The notes under the pieces were generated by a model. The model ran no database searches. It worked only from the letters and a program-made list of their open reading frames with translations, and was not told where the DNA came from. The position numbers and the translations under genes are program-made. A stretch of 57,864 nt of DNA from an uncultured virus (IMG/VR IMGVR_UViG_3300027668_000009). Lineage: Duplodnaviria; Heunggongvirae; Uroviricota; Caudoviricetes. The stretch lies in IMG/VR virus record IMGVR_UViG_3300027668_000009; one strand, written 5' to 3'. The stretch's first letter is position 1; each line of letters starts with the position of its first letter. Below are positions 47,066-56,083 of this stretch, one piece after another.

Positions 47066-47485
47066 TTATCTTGCCCTTGTTACGGTGAATGTTAAATCTT
47101 GATTCTTCACACCATCTACTATGTTATAAAAGATAGTTACGTCCATCTCGTTTCTTTCTACGTCTCCAAATCTGACTACTACGTTTGAAACTCTTGGTTC
47201 AAAAGTCTCTATCATTTCCTTTATCGTACCACGCATTCTATTAATCTTTCTATCGGTATCCAATTCGAATAACATGTTTCTAATAGAAGCACCAAAGTTT
47301 GGTTTAAATGGTCTCTCATACTTATTGGTAAGAACTATATTTCTGACTGCTCTTTTGATTGCATCTGTATCGGACTTAAGAGTGACATCACCTGTAACTG
47401 GATGAGCTCTCATACCAATATCCATATCAGAGTAAATATTTTTCGTTGCAACGGTCTTCCCGTTATTGATTATTGAATCTACCAT
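47066..47485 (-). CDS. gp25: Baseplate wedge subunit
   Basis: AIKRAVRNIVLTNKYERPFKPNFGASIRNMLFE, FEPRV. Confidence 0.95.
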   Translation of the reverse strand: MVDSIINNGKTVATKNIYSDMDIGMRAHPVTGDVTLKSDTDAIKRAVRNIVLTNKYERPFKPNFGASIRNMLFELDTDRKINRMRGTIKEMIETFEPRVSNVVVRFGDVERNEMDVTIFYNIVDGVKNQDLTFTVTRAR

Positions 47486-47490
47486 GTATC

Positions 47491-47498
47491 TATTTATA
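47491..47498 (-). promoter_or_regulatory. Late promoter TATAAATA upstream of gp25
   Basis: Exact motif. Confidence 0.7.
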
Positions 47499-47512
47499 CT
47501 CGCTTAACATCT

Positions 47513-48811
47513 CTAACTTGGTTTCTTAGAAGTATATGTACCCGAACTTGAACCACCACTTACAATTGTCTTATGTTTGTGGGTTGCAAGTGTCGGAGCT
47601 GCTCCAGCCTTAGTTGAGATATCTCCAGTCGCTGCAATTGTTGAATCATTTGTTTGAGCTCCAGTGATATGAACCGTTCCGTCAACCTTTAAGTTTGTAG
47701 TCATTGTTGTTTCGGGTGAAGTCAATGTAGTATTGCCTGTGACATCTGCATTCAGTGTTCCACCTATCTGTGCATCTACGTTACCTTCGGTCACATCTAA
47801 GTTGACGTTTCCTTTTGTTACTGTTGTAAGAACATTTCCTTCTGAAACTGTTGTAGTCATGTCTCCTAGTAATACGTTTGTTGTTACGTTACCTGTATTG
47901 ACATTGATAGTTACGTTACCTTTCTCTACGGTCACCTCTGCATTACCAGCGATGTAAATCTTGTCGTCCTTACATACTACTTGATAGTGGTCGTTAACTA
48001 TTCGTGAAACCTCTGACCCATCGGGATGTATCTCATGGAACGTTCCCGACCTGTGATGTATGTTGAGTCTTTCTGCACCTAGTGTGTCATCAACTTCGAT
48101 TAGATGACCCGACTCTGTTGCTGTTACTTTGTTGTATGGATAGACTGGTGCTTCTGCACTGTCTAAGAATCCTTCTAGGTTGTCTGATAGTTTATGTTCA
48201 TATAGAGTTCCTTCTTTGGAAGTTCCTCTAGCAAAACTTGACAAATCCGAAGCATCGGTATATAATGGATAGTATGGTAAATCTTTTTCTGTAAGTTCTG
48301 TCTCTGTGATTGTAGAACCTGTTGCATCATACATTACCGTAATTTCTTTTGGAGTCTTTGGTGCAGTATCCATTGCCGTTGTTAATCCAAATCCCCTTCT
48401 AGTATCTTGTACTGGATTAGGCCCATCGGATGTATCTTTGTAATCGTCAACGGTTAATTTTCTTGGGTCATTGAACCCTCTTTCAGTTGTCCTAGTTATA
48501 AGATTATCTTGGACGGTTTCTTTGTATCCTGCTTGAGTGATTCCTGCTGTTGTTCCTAGGATGATTGGGTCTTGTTTTAAATCCCCATCTCTAAAGTAAC
48601 CGAATACAGTAGAACCTTCTATCAGTCCATGTTGTGTTCCTATTCCCGAAAGACCTGCTGTGGTTGTTGGAAGGATTACTTGACACCATGGTAAATCGGG
48701 AGACGCAATGTATTGTTTGTCGTCTGTATGAATTCCGTATATACGTACACGTACCCTACCTATCATAAGAGGGTCTTGTCTGTCCTCAACTATTCCATAA
48801 AAATATTCCAT
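47513..48811 (-). CDS. gp5: Baseplate hub/tail spike, no lysozyme domain visible
   Basis: GIVEDRQDPLMIGRVRVRIYG OB fold, YPYNKV.ATESGH..EVDDT...ERL...HRSGTF.EI, VxxGNV beta-helix repeats, C-terminal HKH. Confidence 0.92.
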   Translation of the reverse strand: MEYFYGIVEDRQDPLMIGRVRVRIYGIHTDDKQYIASPDLPWCQVILPTTTAGLSGIGTQHGLIEGSTVFGYFRDGDLKQDPIILGTTAGITQAGYKETVQDNLITRTTERGFNDPRKLTVDDYKDTSDGPNPVQDTRRGFGLTTAMDTAPKTPKEITVMYDATGSTITETELTEKDLPYYPLYTDASDLSSFARGTSKEGTLYEHKLSDNLEGFLDSAEAPVYPYNKVTATESGHLIEVDDTLGAERLNIHHRSGTFHEIHPDGSEVSRIVNDHYQVVCKDDKIYIAGNAEVTVEKGNVTINVNTGNVTTNVLLGDMTTTVSEGNVLTTVTKGNVNLDVTEGNVDAQIGGTLNADVTGNTTLTSPETTMTTNLKVDGTVHITGAQTNDSTIAATGDISTKAGAAPTLATHKHKTIVSGGSSSGTYTSKKPS

Positions 48812-50259
48812 TATACGTTCTTCGCTCCTTTATCAGAATCATAAGCAGATTGTGCATCCTCAATCTTCATTGTTAAACTTTCCTTGACACATTCTAAATG
48901 CATTACACCACTTCCTTCAGTCGGTTGAAAATTAACACTAAGGTCGGTTATAAGATATCTGTCATCATTTAAACTATCACCACTATTACCGTCTATGGTT
49001 TCTGCATGTGGTATGTTAAGTTTAATAACCATCCCCACTGAGATGTCTGTTCTTAATGGTATGGATACTACCATCCTATGTTGTTGTAAAATTTCCATCA
49101 ATGCCTTTCTTTCTAGTTCTGCATTACTCTTACTTTTTGAACCTTGAAAGACTTCATCTGTTTCAATAGAATCTGCATTATCAAATGTATGATTAGATGT
49201 ATACCCATAGTGAACTACGGAATCAAATCCCATGTTCATTGCTATGTCAACATCTAATTCCATTGAATCGGGAGACTGTCTATCATCTGTTTGGTTATGA
49301 GCGGACATAACAACTTCGGGTTCGTCGGTTATGATTAATGGGAAGCCAGAGATGTGAGCTCCTCTTTCCATAGTTTCTTTGTAATCATAAACCACGTCCT
49401 CTTGTAGTTTTCTAACTGGGTCATAGATTTTCATAGAAGACCCATATGCACCACCGATTAATCCTGCGAGAGTATCGAACTCTTGTGGTTTGTAATAAGA
49501 TAGTATTCTACTGTTGAGACCGCCTGGAGCGTTTAAGTCTTTATTTTCACTGTCGGTATCGCCTGATGTTGGTTTGAATGTAAACTCAACTGGGAATTCC
49601 ATACCAAACATTGAATCAACTGAACCAAATCTAAATCCACCATTGAGTGTTTGATAAAAGAACATAGAGTTTTTCCAACCCTCACTCTTTTCAGAATTAG
49701 AGGTATTGACAATGTAATCTATGAATCTATTTACCGTCCAATTAGGACAAATGAATTGATGGTTTGCTGGAGTGGTTTCTTCCCACAAGTCAAACTCATC
49801 TACTTGGAAATGGGCATCGTCTATTAATGCACTGAGTAGCATTGCACTCTTTGACCCTCTAAAGGTCTTACTTAATCTTTTCTTTTTAACAAAGAATTGT
49901 CTAGGGTCAATGAAAGATAACACATATGACTGTGTACTTTCTTTTGGTCTTTGTACGTTCTCTACTTTATAAATTCTGAAGGTCTTATCTATAGTAAATT
50001 CTTTTGCAGCTTCTTCATCGAAACCTTCTTTCTGTTTAATGGATATACGGATGAATTCTTGACCTGTAAATCTGTAGTTCTTTAATAGTCCTAGACCATC
50101 AATAACGGATGCTTGACCCGAACAAAACTTTGAGTAGATTGATTCATATAAGGTAACCCCTACAGTCGTTGCGTCGACAACTACTGTCTCACCAAATTGG
50201 TTTATAATTGTGAATGCTTCGAGGGTAAACCCCCCTGCTACGAAATTACCTGTCGCCAT
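48811..50259 (-). CDS. Probable baseplate hub protein (gp27-like position)
   Basis: 482 aa between gp53 and gp5; LYESIYS...G...IDG, ISVGMVIKLNIP...RYLITDL. Confidence 0.65.
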   Translation of the reverse strand: MATGNFVAGGFTLEAFTIINQFGETVVVDATTVGVTLYESIYSKFCSGQASVIDGLGLLKNYRFTGQEFIRISIKQKEGFDEEAAKEFTIDKTFRIYKVENVQRPKESTQSYVLSFIDPRQFFVKKKRLSKTFRGSKSAMLLSALIDDAHFQVDEFDLWEETTPANHQFICPNWTVNRFIDYIVNTSNSEKSEGWKNSMFFYQTLNGGFRFGSVDSMFGMEFPVEFTFKPTSGDTDSENKDLNAPGGLNSRILSYYKPQEFDTLAGLIGGAYGSSMKIYDPVRKLQEDVVYDYKETMERGAHISGFPLIITDEPEVVMSAHNQTDDRQSPDSMELDVDIAMNMGFDSVVHYGYTSNHTFDNADSIETDEVFQGSKSKSNAELERKALMEILQQHRMVVSIPLRTDISVGMVIKLNIPHAETIDGNSGDSLNDDRYLITDLSVNFQPTEGSGVMHLECVKESLTMKIEDAQSAYDSDKGAKNV

Positions 50260-50975
50260 TACGAACTCATTACTCTATCAAACTCTTGTACTACTCTTCT
50301 TATATACTCGGGTCTGATAATCTTTATTAGTCTCTTCTTCTCATTTTTGTCGAACTCATCCTGCCATAGAGTTACAGACGAGAACCCACTTGCAAAGGTG
50401 TTTCTTATTAACCCATCTGCATTTTTATAATATGCAATACCATCAATCTGATTGATAGCATCTTGGACTGTTGATGACTTATTAGATATTGAACCAGTAA
50501 TAGTATCACCACCTGTGAAAGGTAACACACCTGTAACACCCATACGGCTATATGTAGGTTGCACTTTGATGACGTTTCCTGTATTACCATCTCCAGCAGT
50601 AATGGTTTCTCCTAATAGGTACTTACTTGTCTGAGATATCATCGATGAGGTATCTGCAAACGTCAACCATTGGCCTGGATATTTTTGTTTTAAATATGTC
50701 TCGAAGGTCTGTGTATCTTTATGCCAATCGAAGTAGGATTCCATTTCATTAACTAATAGGAATGTCCAATGAAGGTCACCGTTACCGTACAACTTAGTTG
50801 CAACTACATCGGGCCGTTCACCATCTTCCAATTCGTAGAACTCATAATTGACAATTTGATTAACTGCATTTTGTTCTATAGAAGACTTTCTAAAAAAGTC
50901 TTTGATTGTAATCCATTTACCATTACTAAGTTTGTATTGAGTTGTAGGAAAATTCTTAAAATATTCGTTTGCCAT
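50259..50975 (-). CDS. gp53: Baseplate wedge component
   Basis: YFKNFP, DGERPDVVATKLYGNGDLHWTFLLVN, NEKKRLIKIIRPEY. Confidence 0.92.
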   Translation of the reverse strand: MANEYFKNFPTTQYKLSNGKWITIKDFFRKSSIEQNAVNQIVNYEFYELEDGERPDVVATKLYGNGDLHWTFLLVNEMESYFDWHKDTQTFETYLKQKYPGQWLTFADTSSMISQTSKYLLGETITAGDGNTGNVIKVQPTYSRMGVTGVLPFTGGDTITGSISNKSSTVQDAINQIDGIAYYKNADGLIRNTFASGFSSVTLWQDEFDKNEKKRLIKIIRPEYIRRVVQEFDRVMSS

Positions 50976-50977
50976 TC

Positions 50978-52099
50978 TTAACCACCGCCTGGTTTGTTAG
51001 GTTTTTGAGACATTGCAACGGTATCTGACCTTCTACTTGCAAGTGACTTATTACCTTCACCAATAGTCTTATCTGCATATGAATTTTTAGATATCTGCTG
51101 ATAGTTCTCTTGAGTGAGTATTTTTATTTCTGTGAAACTTATTGACATAGATGTTGAGATTGGGTATCCATCTTCGAATAACTTAGTTGAATGTTTGACT
51201 GTTACATTTGTACAAACCATAGGTAGGAAGTCATCGAATCTCATTGCGATTGGGCCTTCCCAAGCAACATCAAAAATATTAGGATAATTGAAATAGTTTT
51301 CTACTGCAGTTTCCCCTTCAGCATTACTATATGTATCGGGTAGCATTGCAGTCTTGAATGCCCATATGATATCCTGTACTGCTTTTGCTTCCTGTGTATT
51401 TCTAGGATAGAATTGGTAATCAAAACTAAAGTCTCTGAAAGGAACTCCTTCAAACATCTGTTCTTCCATAGGGTTGATTGCTCTACCAGCAAGGAAGTTT
51501 GATGCATCACCAACAACCATTGTTGCAAGGGATTGCAGTCCAGTCTGAATTGCACCTTCTAATGCAGTACCAGTCGCTTGCATTGTTGAACCGTCCATCT
51601 TACCATTAAAGGAATCTTTTATTTCTAAGACACCTCTGATACCAGCACCAATACCAGTTTTAGCATAAGAGGCATCAACCTTATCATCCATTTCTTCTGG
51701 CACGTATAATGCAATCACTGCTTTCTCTGTGGAAAGTAGATTCTTATTGTTTGCACCTTCTCTTGCTGTTCTTGGTCTAGTAGTAAAGACGATGAAGTTT
51801 TCCACACCGTCACCAATTGGATATTGCATTTCCCTTACTGTAGTCGCAGGGGACATCTTAGCATACTTTTTAGTGTTTCTAGTTTCTTGACTTTTACTTA
51901 GACTGTTCCTTCTTGCATTCAAAGTCTGATTTGCTTTTTCAGCTTGTTGTTTAAGTACGTCTGCTTTGGCGTCTGTCAAACCCTCAAAGTCTTTTATATC
52001 GTATCCAGTTCCAGTAAGTTTTGCTTGTATTCCTTTTAGGGATTTAACGGCACTCTTTGCTTGGTTTACTTTGTTCAGTATCTTGTTGATATTCGGCAT
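50978..52099 (-). CDS. gp48: Baseplate tail tube cap
   Basis: IALYVP, INPMEEQMFEGVPFRDFSFDYQFYPRN..EA, ISFTEIKILT. Confidence 0.88.
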   Translation of the reverse strand: MPNINKILNKVNQAKSAVKSLKGIQAKLTGTGYDIKDFEGLTDAKADVLKQQAEKANQTLNARRNSLSKSQETRNTKKYAKMSPATTVREMQYPIGDGVENFIVFTTRPRTAREGANNKNLLSTEKAVIALYVPEEMDDKVDASYAKTGIGAGIRGVLEIKDSFNGKMDGSTMQATGTALEGAIQTGLQSLATMVVGDASNFLAGRAINPMEEQMFEGVPFRDFSFDYQFYPRNTQEAKAVQDIIWAFKTAMLPDTYSNAEGETAVENYFNYPNIFDVAWEGPIAMRFDDFLPMVCTNVTVKHSTKLFEDGYPISTSMSISFTEIKILTQENYQQISKNSYADKTIGEGNKSLASRRSDTVAMSQKPNKPGGG

Positions 52100-52109
52100 T
52101 CGAAATCCC

Positions 52110-52117
52110 TATAAATA
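52110..52117 (+). promoter_or_regulatory. Late promoter TATAAATA for gp4 operon
   Basis: Exact motif 28 nt before gp4 ATG. Confidence 0.8.
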
Positions 52118-52140
52118 GTTATATTAATTATGGTTACTGT

Positions 52141-52148
52141 TATTTATG
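52141..52148 (-). promoter_or_regulatory. Late promoter variant CATAAATA for gp48 operon
   Basis: Minus-strand motif overlapping the gp4 start codon. Confidence 0.6.
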
Positions 52149-52595
52149 GCATATTCGGGTAAGTTTAAACCAAAGAACTACAAAAAATATAGAGGAGACC
52201 CTACTAAAATCTTTTATAGGTCGTTGTGGGAGCGTAGATTCATGGTTTACTGTGATGAAAACAGCAATATCCTTGAATGGGGAAGTGAAGAAATCATAAT
52301 CCCCTACATTTCTCCCTTAGACAAACGAGCTCATAGGTATTTTCCCGACTTTTACATAAAGTATGTGAACGCACAAGGTAAAATACTCCGTGAAATCATA
52401 GAAGTGAAACCAAAACGACAAACTAAACCCCCCAAGATGCCTAAAAGAAAAACTCAAAGGTACTACAAAGAGGTTGCAACCTACGTTGTCAACGAAGCAA
52501 AGTTTAAAGCTGCAGAAAGTTTCTGCAAAGATAGGAAACTAGGTTTTAGAATACTAACCGAAGACCATTTACTCCCAAAGAAGGTAAAAAAATGA
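52146..52595 (+). CDS. gp4: Head completion nuclease
   Basis: YSGKFKPKNYKKYRGDP, YRSLWER, WGSEE, HRYFPDF, IEVKP. Confidence 0.95.
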   Translation: MAYSGKFKPKNYKKYRGDPTKIFYRSLWERRFMVYCDENSNILEWGSEEIIIPYISPLDKRAHRYFPDFYIKYVNAQGKILREIIEVKPKRQTKPPKMPKRKTQRYYKEVATYVVNEAKFKAAESFCKDRKLGFRILTEDHLLPKKVKK

Positions 52596-53194
52596 AGAAA
52601 TTATATGTATTTGATTTAGATGGAGTCTTGATTGACTCAAAAGCAAACATGGAACTGGCATTCAACAAGTTAGACACTGGTAAACCTTTTGAGGATACCA
52701 CTAATACGTTCCCAAGTTACTTTAAACACATCGGTAAACCGTTTAAAGATATCTTAACTGAGATGGGTATACTTACTGACCAAGATGAGTTGATGAGAAG
52801 GTACAATAGATACTCTGCAGCGAACTCTAAGTTGATAAAGTTTTACGATGGGGTGGAAGAACACCTTCAATCTTTAGAGCGTGACGGTAAGAAATTAGCC
52901 GTGGTAACTTCGAAGTCGGAATCACGAGCAAATGCTATTCTTGCTGAGATTAACGTCAATTTTGAAATCATATGTTGTCCCACTGAAGGATTGAGAGGTA
53001 AACCGTCCCCCGACCAACTACTGTATACCCTTGCATATTGTAACACTGACCCAAAGGATGCAGTCTATGTTGGTGACATGCAAGTAGATATGGATTGTGC
53101 AAACAGAGCGGGAGTGGATTTCATTTACGCAGAATATGGTTATGGAGATATAGAGTCATGTTGGAACAGAGCAGAATGCATACAGTCGGTTTAA
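52592..53194 (+). CDS. HAD-family phosphatase
   Basis: FDLDGVLIDS motif I, VVTSK, KPSP, VGDMQVD. Confidence 0.92.
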   Translation: MKKLYVFDLDGVLIDSKANMELAFNKLDTGKPFEDTTNTFPSYFKHIGKPFKDILTEMGILTDQDELMRRYNRYSAANSKLIKFYDGVEEHLQSLERDGKKLAVVTSKSESRANAILAEINVNFEIICCPTEGLRGKPSPDQLLYTLAYCNTDPKDAVYVGDMQVDMDCANRAGVDFIYAEYGYGDIESCWNRAECIQSV

Positions 53195-53895
53195 TCCCAG
53201 CACGTTGGGGTTCATCTAGGTTCGAGGGTAAACCCCTTGCAATCATATGTGGGGAGTCGATGATTAAAAGAACGTATGACCGTGCATCCGCTTCAAAGAG
53301 ACTAGACCAAATTTATGTAGTTACGGATGATAAGAGAATTGAAAATCATTGTAGTCTATTCAACATTCCTGTAATGAGAGTGGATGATGATTGTGCAACT
53401 GGAACAGATAGATGTGCAATTGCATCTCAAAAGATTGATGCCGATATCTATGTTAACATACAAGGTGACGAACCTTTGATTGACCCCGAAGCAATCGATA
53501 GACTATGTGACTACTTCAAACCCGAAATCGGTGTGGCAAATGCATACGTTACAATCGACAAACCATATAAGGTCATGGACAACGATGTAGTGAAGGTTGT
53601 CTTTGATACAAACCATTGTGCAATGTATTACTCACGTCATGGTATACCTTTCCCACGAGGAGTAGGTGGTGCCTGTCATCAACAACTAGGATTGTATGCA
53701 TTCACTAAGGAACGTCTCGAACAATTCAGTTCATTACCTATGCAGACTTTAGAGAAAGCAGAGAGTGTTGAAATGTTGAGATTCCTTGAACATGGTCACA
53801 AAGTATTGATGGTCTATGTAGATGATGATGGTCTATCAGTCGATACCCCTAAAGATATTACATTAGTAGAGGAAAGAATAAATGGTTATAACTAG
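53176..53895 (+). CDS. kdsB: KdsB-like cytidylyltransferase (CMP-Kdo synthetase family)
   Basis: Start revised to MHTVG at 53176; IPARWGSSRFEGKPL, TGTDR, VNIQGDEP, VVKVV, YYSR, LEKAESVEMLRFLE, SVDTPKD. Confidence 0.88.
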   Translation: MHTVGLIPARWGSSRFEGKPLAIICGESMIKRTYDRASASKRLDQIYVVTDDKRIENHCSLFNIPVMRVDDDCATGTDRCAIASQKIDADIYVNIQGDEPLIDPEAIDRLCDYFKPEIGVANAYVTIDKPYKVMDNDVVKVVFDTNHCAMYYSRHGIPFPRGVGGACHQQLGLYAFTKERLEQFSSLPMQTLEKAESVEMLRFLEHGHKVLMVYVDDDGLSVDTPKDITLVEERINGYN

Positions 53896-54598
53896 TGGCC
53901 TACGAGAAGCCTTCGAAAATAAATCTAGGGTATCAATACCAAAGATAGCGACACTGGGTGAATGTAAACATTGGCATCCTTATCACCCGAAGTCGTTTGG
54001 TAAGAATCTCTTGTCATTTATCCATCATGAGAATGTTTCTGAGAACAAGACCAATGAAGATGCATTACGAAACGAAGCACAGAAATTAGTTTGGTTAATA
54101 GACCAATACAAAACAGTCGGATTCTATTCCACACCACAAGCATGGATTAAACCGAATGGTAAGTGGAGAGTACATCCAGGCTCCGTTCGTGTAAATGCTA
54201 TGATACAATGTAAAGCCTATGAAACAAAATTCATTGTTTGGGATGACTCAAACTATCTCCCCGACAATAAACAAATTACTTATGATGACTGGGTAAACGA
54301 ATTCCCAATCCCCGAAGGTAGAACAAGCCAGTGCTTTGATGTCGAGGGTATGATTGAATTTCATATATCCGAAGACCGTGCCGAGATGTATGATTACTAT
54401 AAAGAGTTGAGAGACTTATATGATGGTAAGAGACCTAGACTGTTTGGAACTTGTGATGAGAGTATCAAACATTTGTTTGATGATGATGGTAAGGTTGAAG
54501 TCAATGGACACATCACTGAAGATGACTTAGGGTCATTCTTGGAATTGACGCCAATTAATCGTAAAGTAATAGAAACAAATTTCACGATTGTTGCGTAA
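53882..54598 (+). CDS. Hypothetical protein, ParB/Srx-like, paralogous to N-domain of 15880-17454
   Basis: WLIDQYKTVGFYSTPQA...RVHPGSVR. Confidence 0.65.
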   Translation: MVITSGLREAFENKSRVSIPKIATLGECKHWHPYHPKSFGKNLLSFIHHENVSENKTNEDALRNEAQKLVWLIDQYKTVGFYSTPQAWIKPNGKWRVHPGSVRVNAMIQCKAYETKFIVWDDSNYLPDNKQITYDDWVNEFPIPEGRTSQCFDVEGMIEFHISEDRAEMYDYYKELRDLYDGKRPRLFGTCDESIKHLFDDDGKVEVNGHITEDDLGSFLELTPINRKVIETNFTIVA

Positions 54599-54602
54599 AA
54601 AG

Positions 54603-54610
54603 TATAAATA
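54603..54610 (+). promoter_or_regulatory. Late promoter TATAAATA upstream of gp2
   Basis: Exact motif. Confidence 0.7.
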
Positions 54611-54615
54611 GTTCT

Positions 54616-55212
54616 ATGGTATCAAAAGTATTACTATCAGCTGTTGCAAAACTACTACCCGAGGCAATTGAAGCGGGAACAGAGGATAGTCTAGAATGGT
54701 TCAGACGGAACATAAGAGATATCAGACTTAGGCCTGATATGGTTATGAGTAGTCTAAGTGGTAGTGGTGTTACTGGTTCACAAATGAAACAAGGTAAAGT
54801 ATACATGTTTCATTATGATGCTAAACATCAAGATACCTTACCATACTGGGATAAGTATCCGATAGTAATTCCTATTGATAGATACAAGGATGGATTTTTA
54901 GGAATCAATGTACATTACATCTCTCCAGCAATGAGAGTTGTATTACTGAAACCGTTACTAGAACAATTGAGAAGTAACTCAATTGAAGGTGATGGAGATA
55001 GTAGATTGGATGTTGATTATAATATAATAGAAGCCAATAGTGATTTAAGGTTTGCAAAACCATGTATCAAGAGATACTTAACATCACATGTAGGTGCAAG
55101 GATAGTAGAAGTTCCATATGAGAACTGGGAAGCAATTATGATGTTACCACTGGCAAAATTTAATGTCCATGCAAACACTGTATATAAAGATAGTAGAAGG
55201 AAAGTATTATGA
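54616..55212 (+). CDS. gp2: DNA end protector protein
   Basis: GKVYMFHYDAKHQDTLPYWDKYP, GFLGINVHY, PCIKRYL. Confidence 0.92.
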   Translation: MVSKVLLSAVAKLLPEAIEAGTEDSLEWFRRNIRDIRLRPDMVMSSLSGSGVTGSQMKQGKVYMFHYDAKHQDTLPYWDKYPIVIPIDRYKDGFLGINVHYISPAMRVVLLKPLLEQLRSNSIEGDGDSRLDVDYNIIEANSDLRFAKPCIKRYLTSHVGARIVEVPYENWEAIMMLPLAKFNVHANTVYKDSRRKVL

Positions 55213-56060
55213 GTATAGAAGCATTTAAAGCAAATTTCGATTCTGGCGCAAAAGCAAACATGTTCGATGTTACACTCTTGGGCCCATTGCAAGCGTTTCA
55301 ATTTACGCAAGATGCAATGCTTCGTTGTAGAAGTGTATCTGTAAATGGTTCATCAATGGGTACGAACACAAGGAATCAATACAATTCGGGATACGAGATT
55401 CCCGACGGAACTGTAGACCAAGGTGGAACGGTTGACCTCTCGTTTCTATGTGACTCATCATTTGTTGACCGTGCTTTAATCGAGGCATGGCACCAATACA
55501 TTTTTACTGCAGAGTACAAAGGGCCCGAAGGTGGTACAATGGGTTCTGCACAAATACCAGTTATGAAATACTTAGATGATTATACAGGAAAAATGGAAGT
55601 GTTTACATTAAACAAAGCTGCACAACCAACTATGAAGATGGAGTACTTTGATATATACCCTGTCTCTTTTGAATCACTGGATATGTCTGCTGATAGTGAT
55701 TCACTATTAGAAATCTCTGTATCATTTCAATTCAGACATCATGAAACAACTTATTTACCACCTTCGGAAGCAAGAACTCCTTATGAACCAATAAAGGAAC
55801 CTTCTAAGAGACAACAAGTATTATCAAATATCAACTCTTCGTCTACCATAAATAGTGGTAGGAAAGTTTTAGATACTGTCCTCGGCGGATTAAATGTCGG
55901 TGGCAGATTTAATAAAAAACTGGGTGGTTACTTTAAAAAGTTATCAGCCCTTGACACCGCTGCAACACGAGTGCAAAATCTTTCGGGTGGAGTATCTCGA
56001 CAAGATTTAGCAAAACGAATGGCAGCTGCCAACAAACTTAATCCGTTTGGTGGTATTTAA
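55209..56060 (+). CDS. gp54: Baseplate tail tube initiator (gp19-like fold)
   Basis: GAKANMFDV...FLCD...EAWHQYI...YLDDY...IYPVS...ISVSFQFR; between gp2 and gp26. Confidence 0.7.
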   Translation: MSIEAFKANFDSGAKANMFDVTLLGPLQAFQFTQDAMLRCRSVSVNGSSMGTNTRNQYNSGYEIPDGTVDQGGTVDLSFLCDSSFVDRALIEAWHQYIFTAEYKGPEGGTMGSAQIPVMKYLDDYTGKMEVFTLNKAAQPTMKMEYFDIYPVSFESLDMSADSDSLLEISVSFQFRHHETTYLPPSEARTPYEPIKEPSKRQQVLSNINSSSTINSGRKVLDTVLGGLNVGGRFNKKLGGYFKKLSALDTAATRVQNLSGGVSRQDLAKRMAAANKLNPFGGI

Positions 56061-56083
56061 AATTTTAATTATGGAGTATAATT

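Noticed and set aside
1645..50981. Numerous plus-strand ORFs opposite structural genes (e.g. 42118-42795, 37436-37966, 33377-33880) and alternate-frame ORFs within the repeat genes (e.g. 17889-18434)
   Set aside because: Shadows of codon bias and repeats in the real genes; no SD or promoter support and no recognisable motifs.
53095..53175. 27-aa N-terminal extension of the KdsB-like ORF
   Set aside because: Overlaps the HAD gene; family similarity starts at MHTVGLIPAR (53176).
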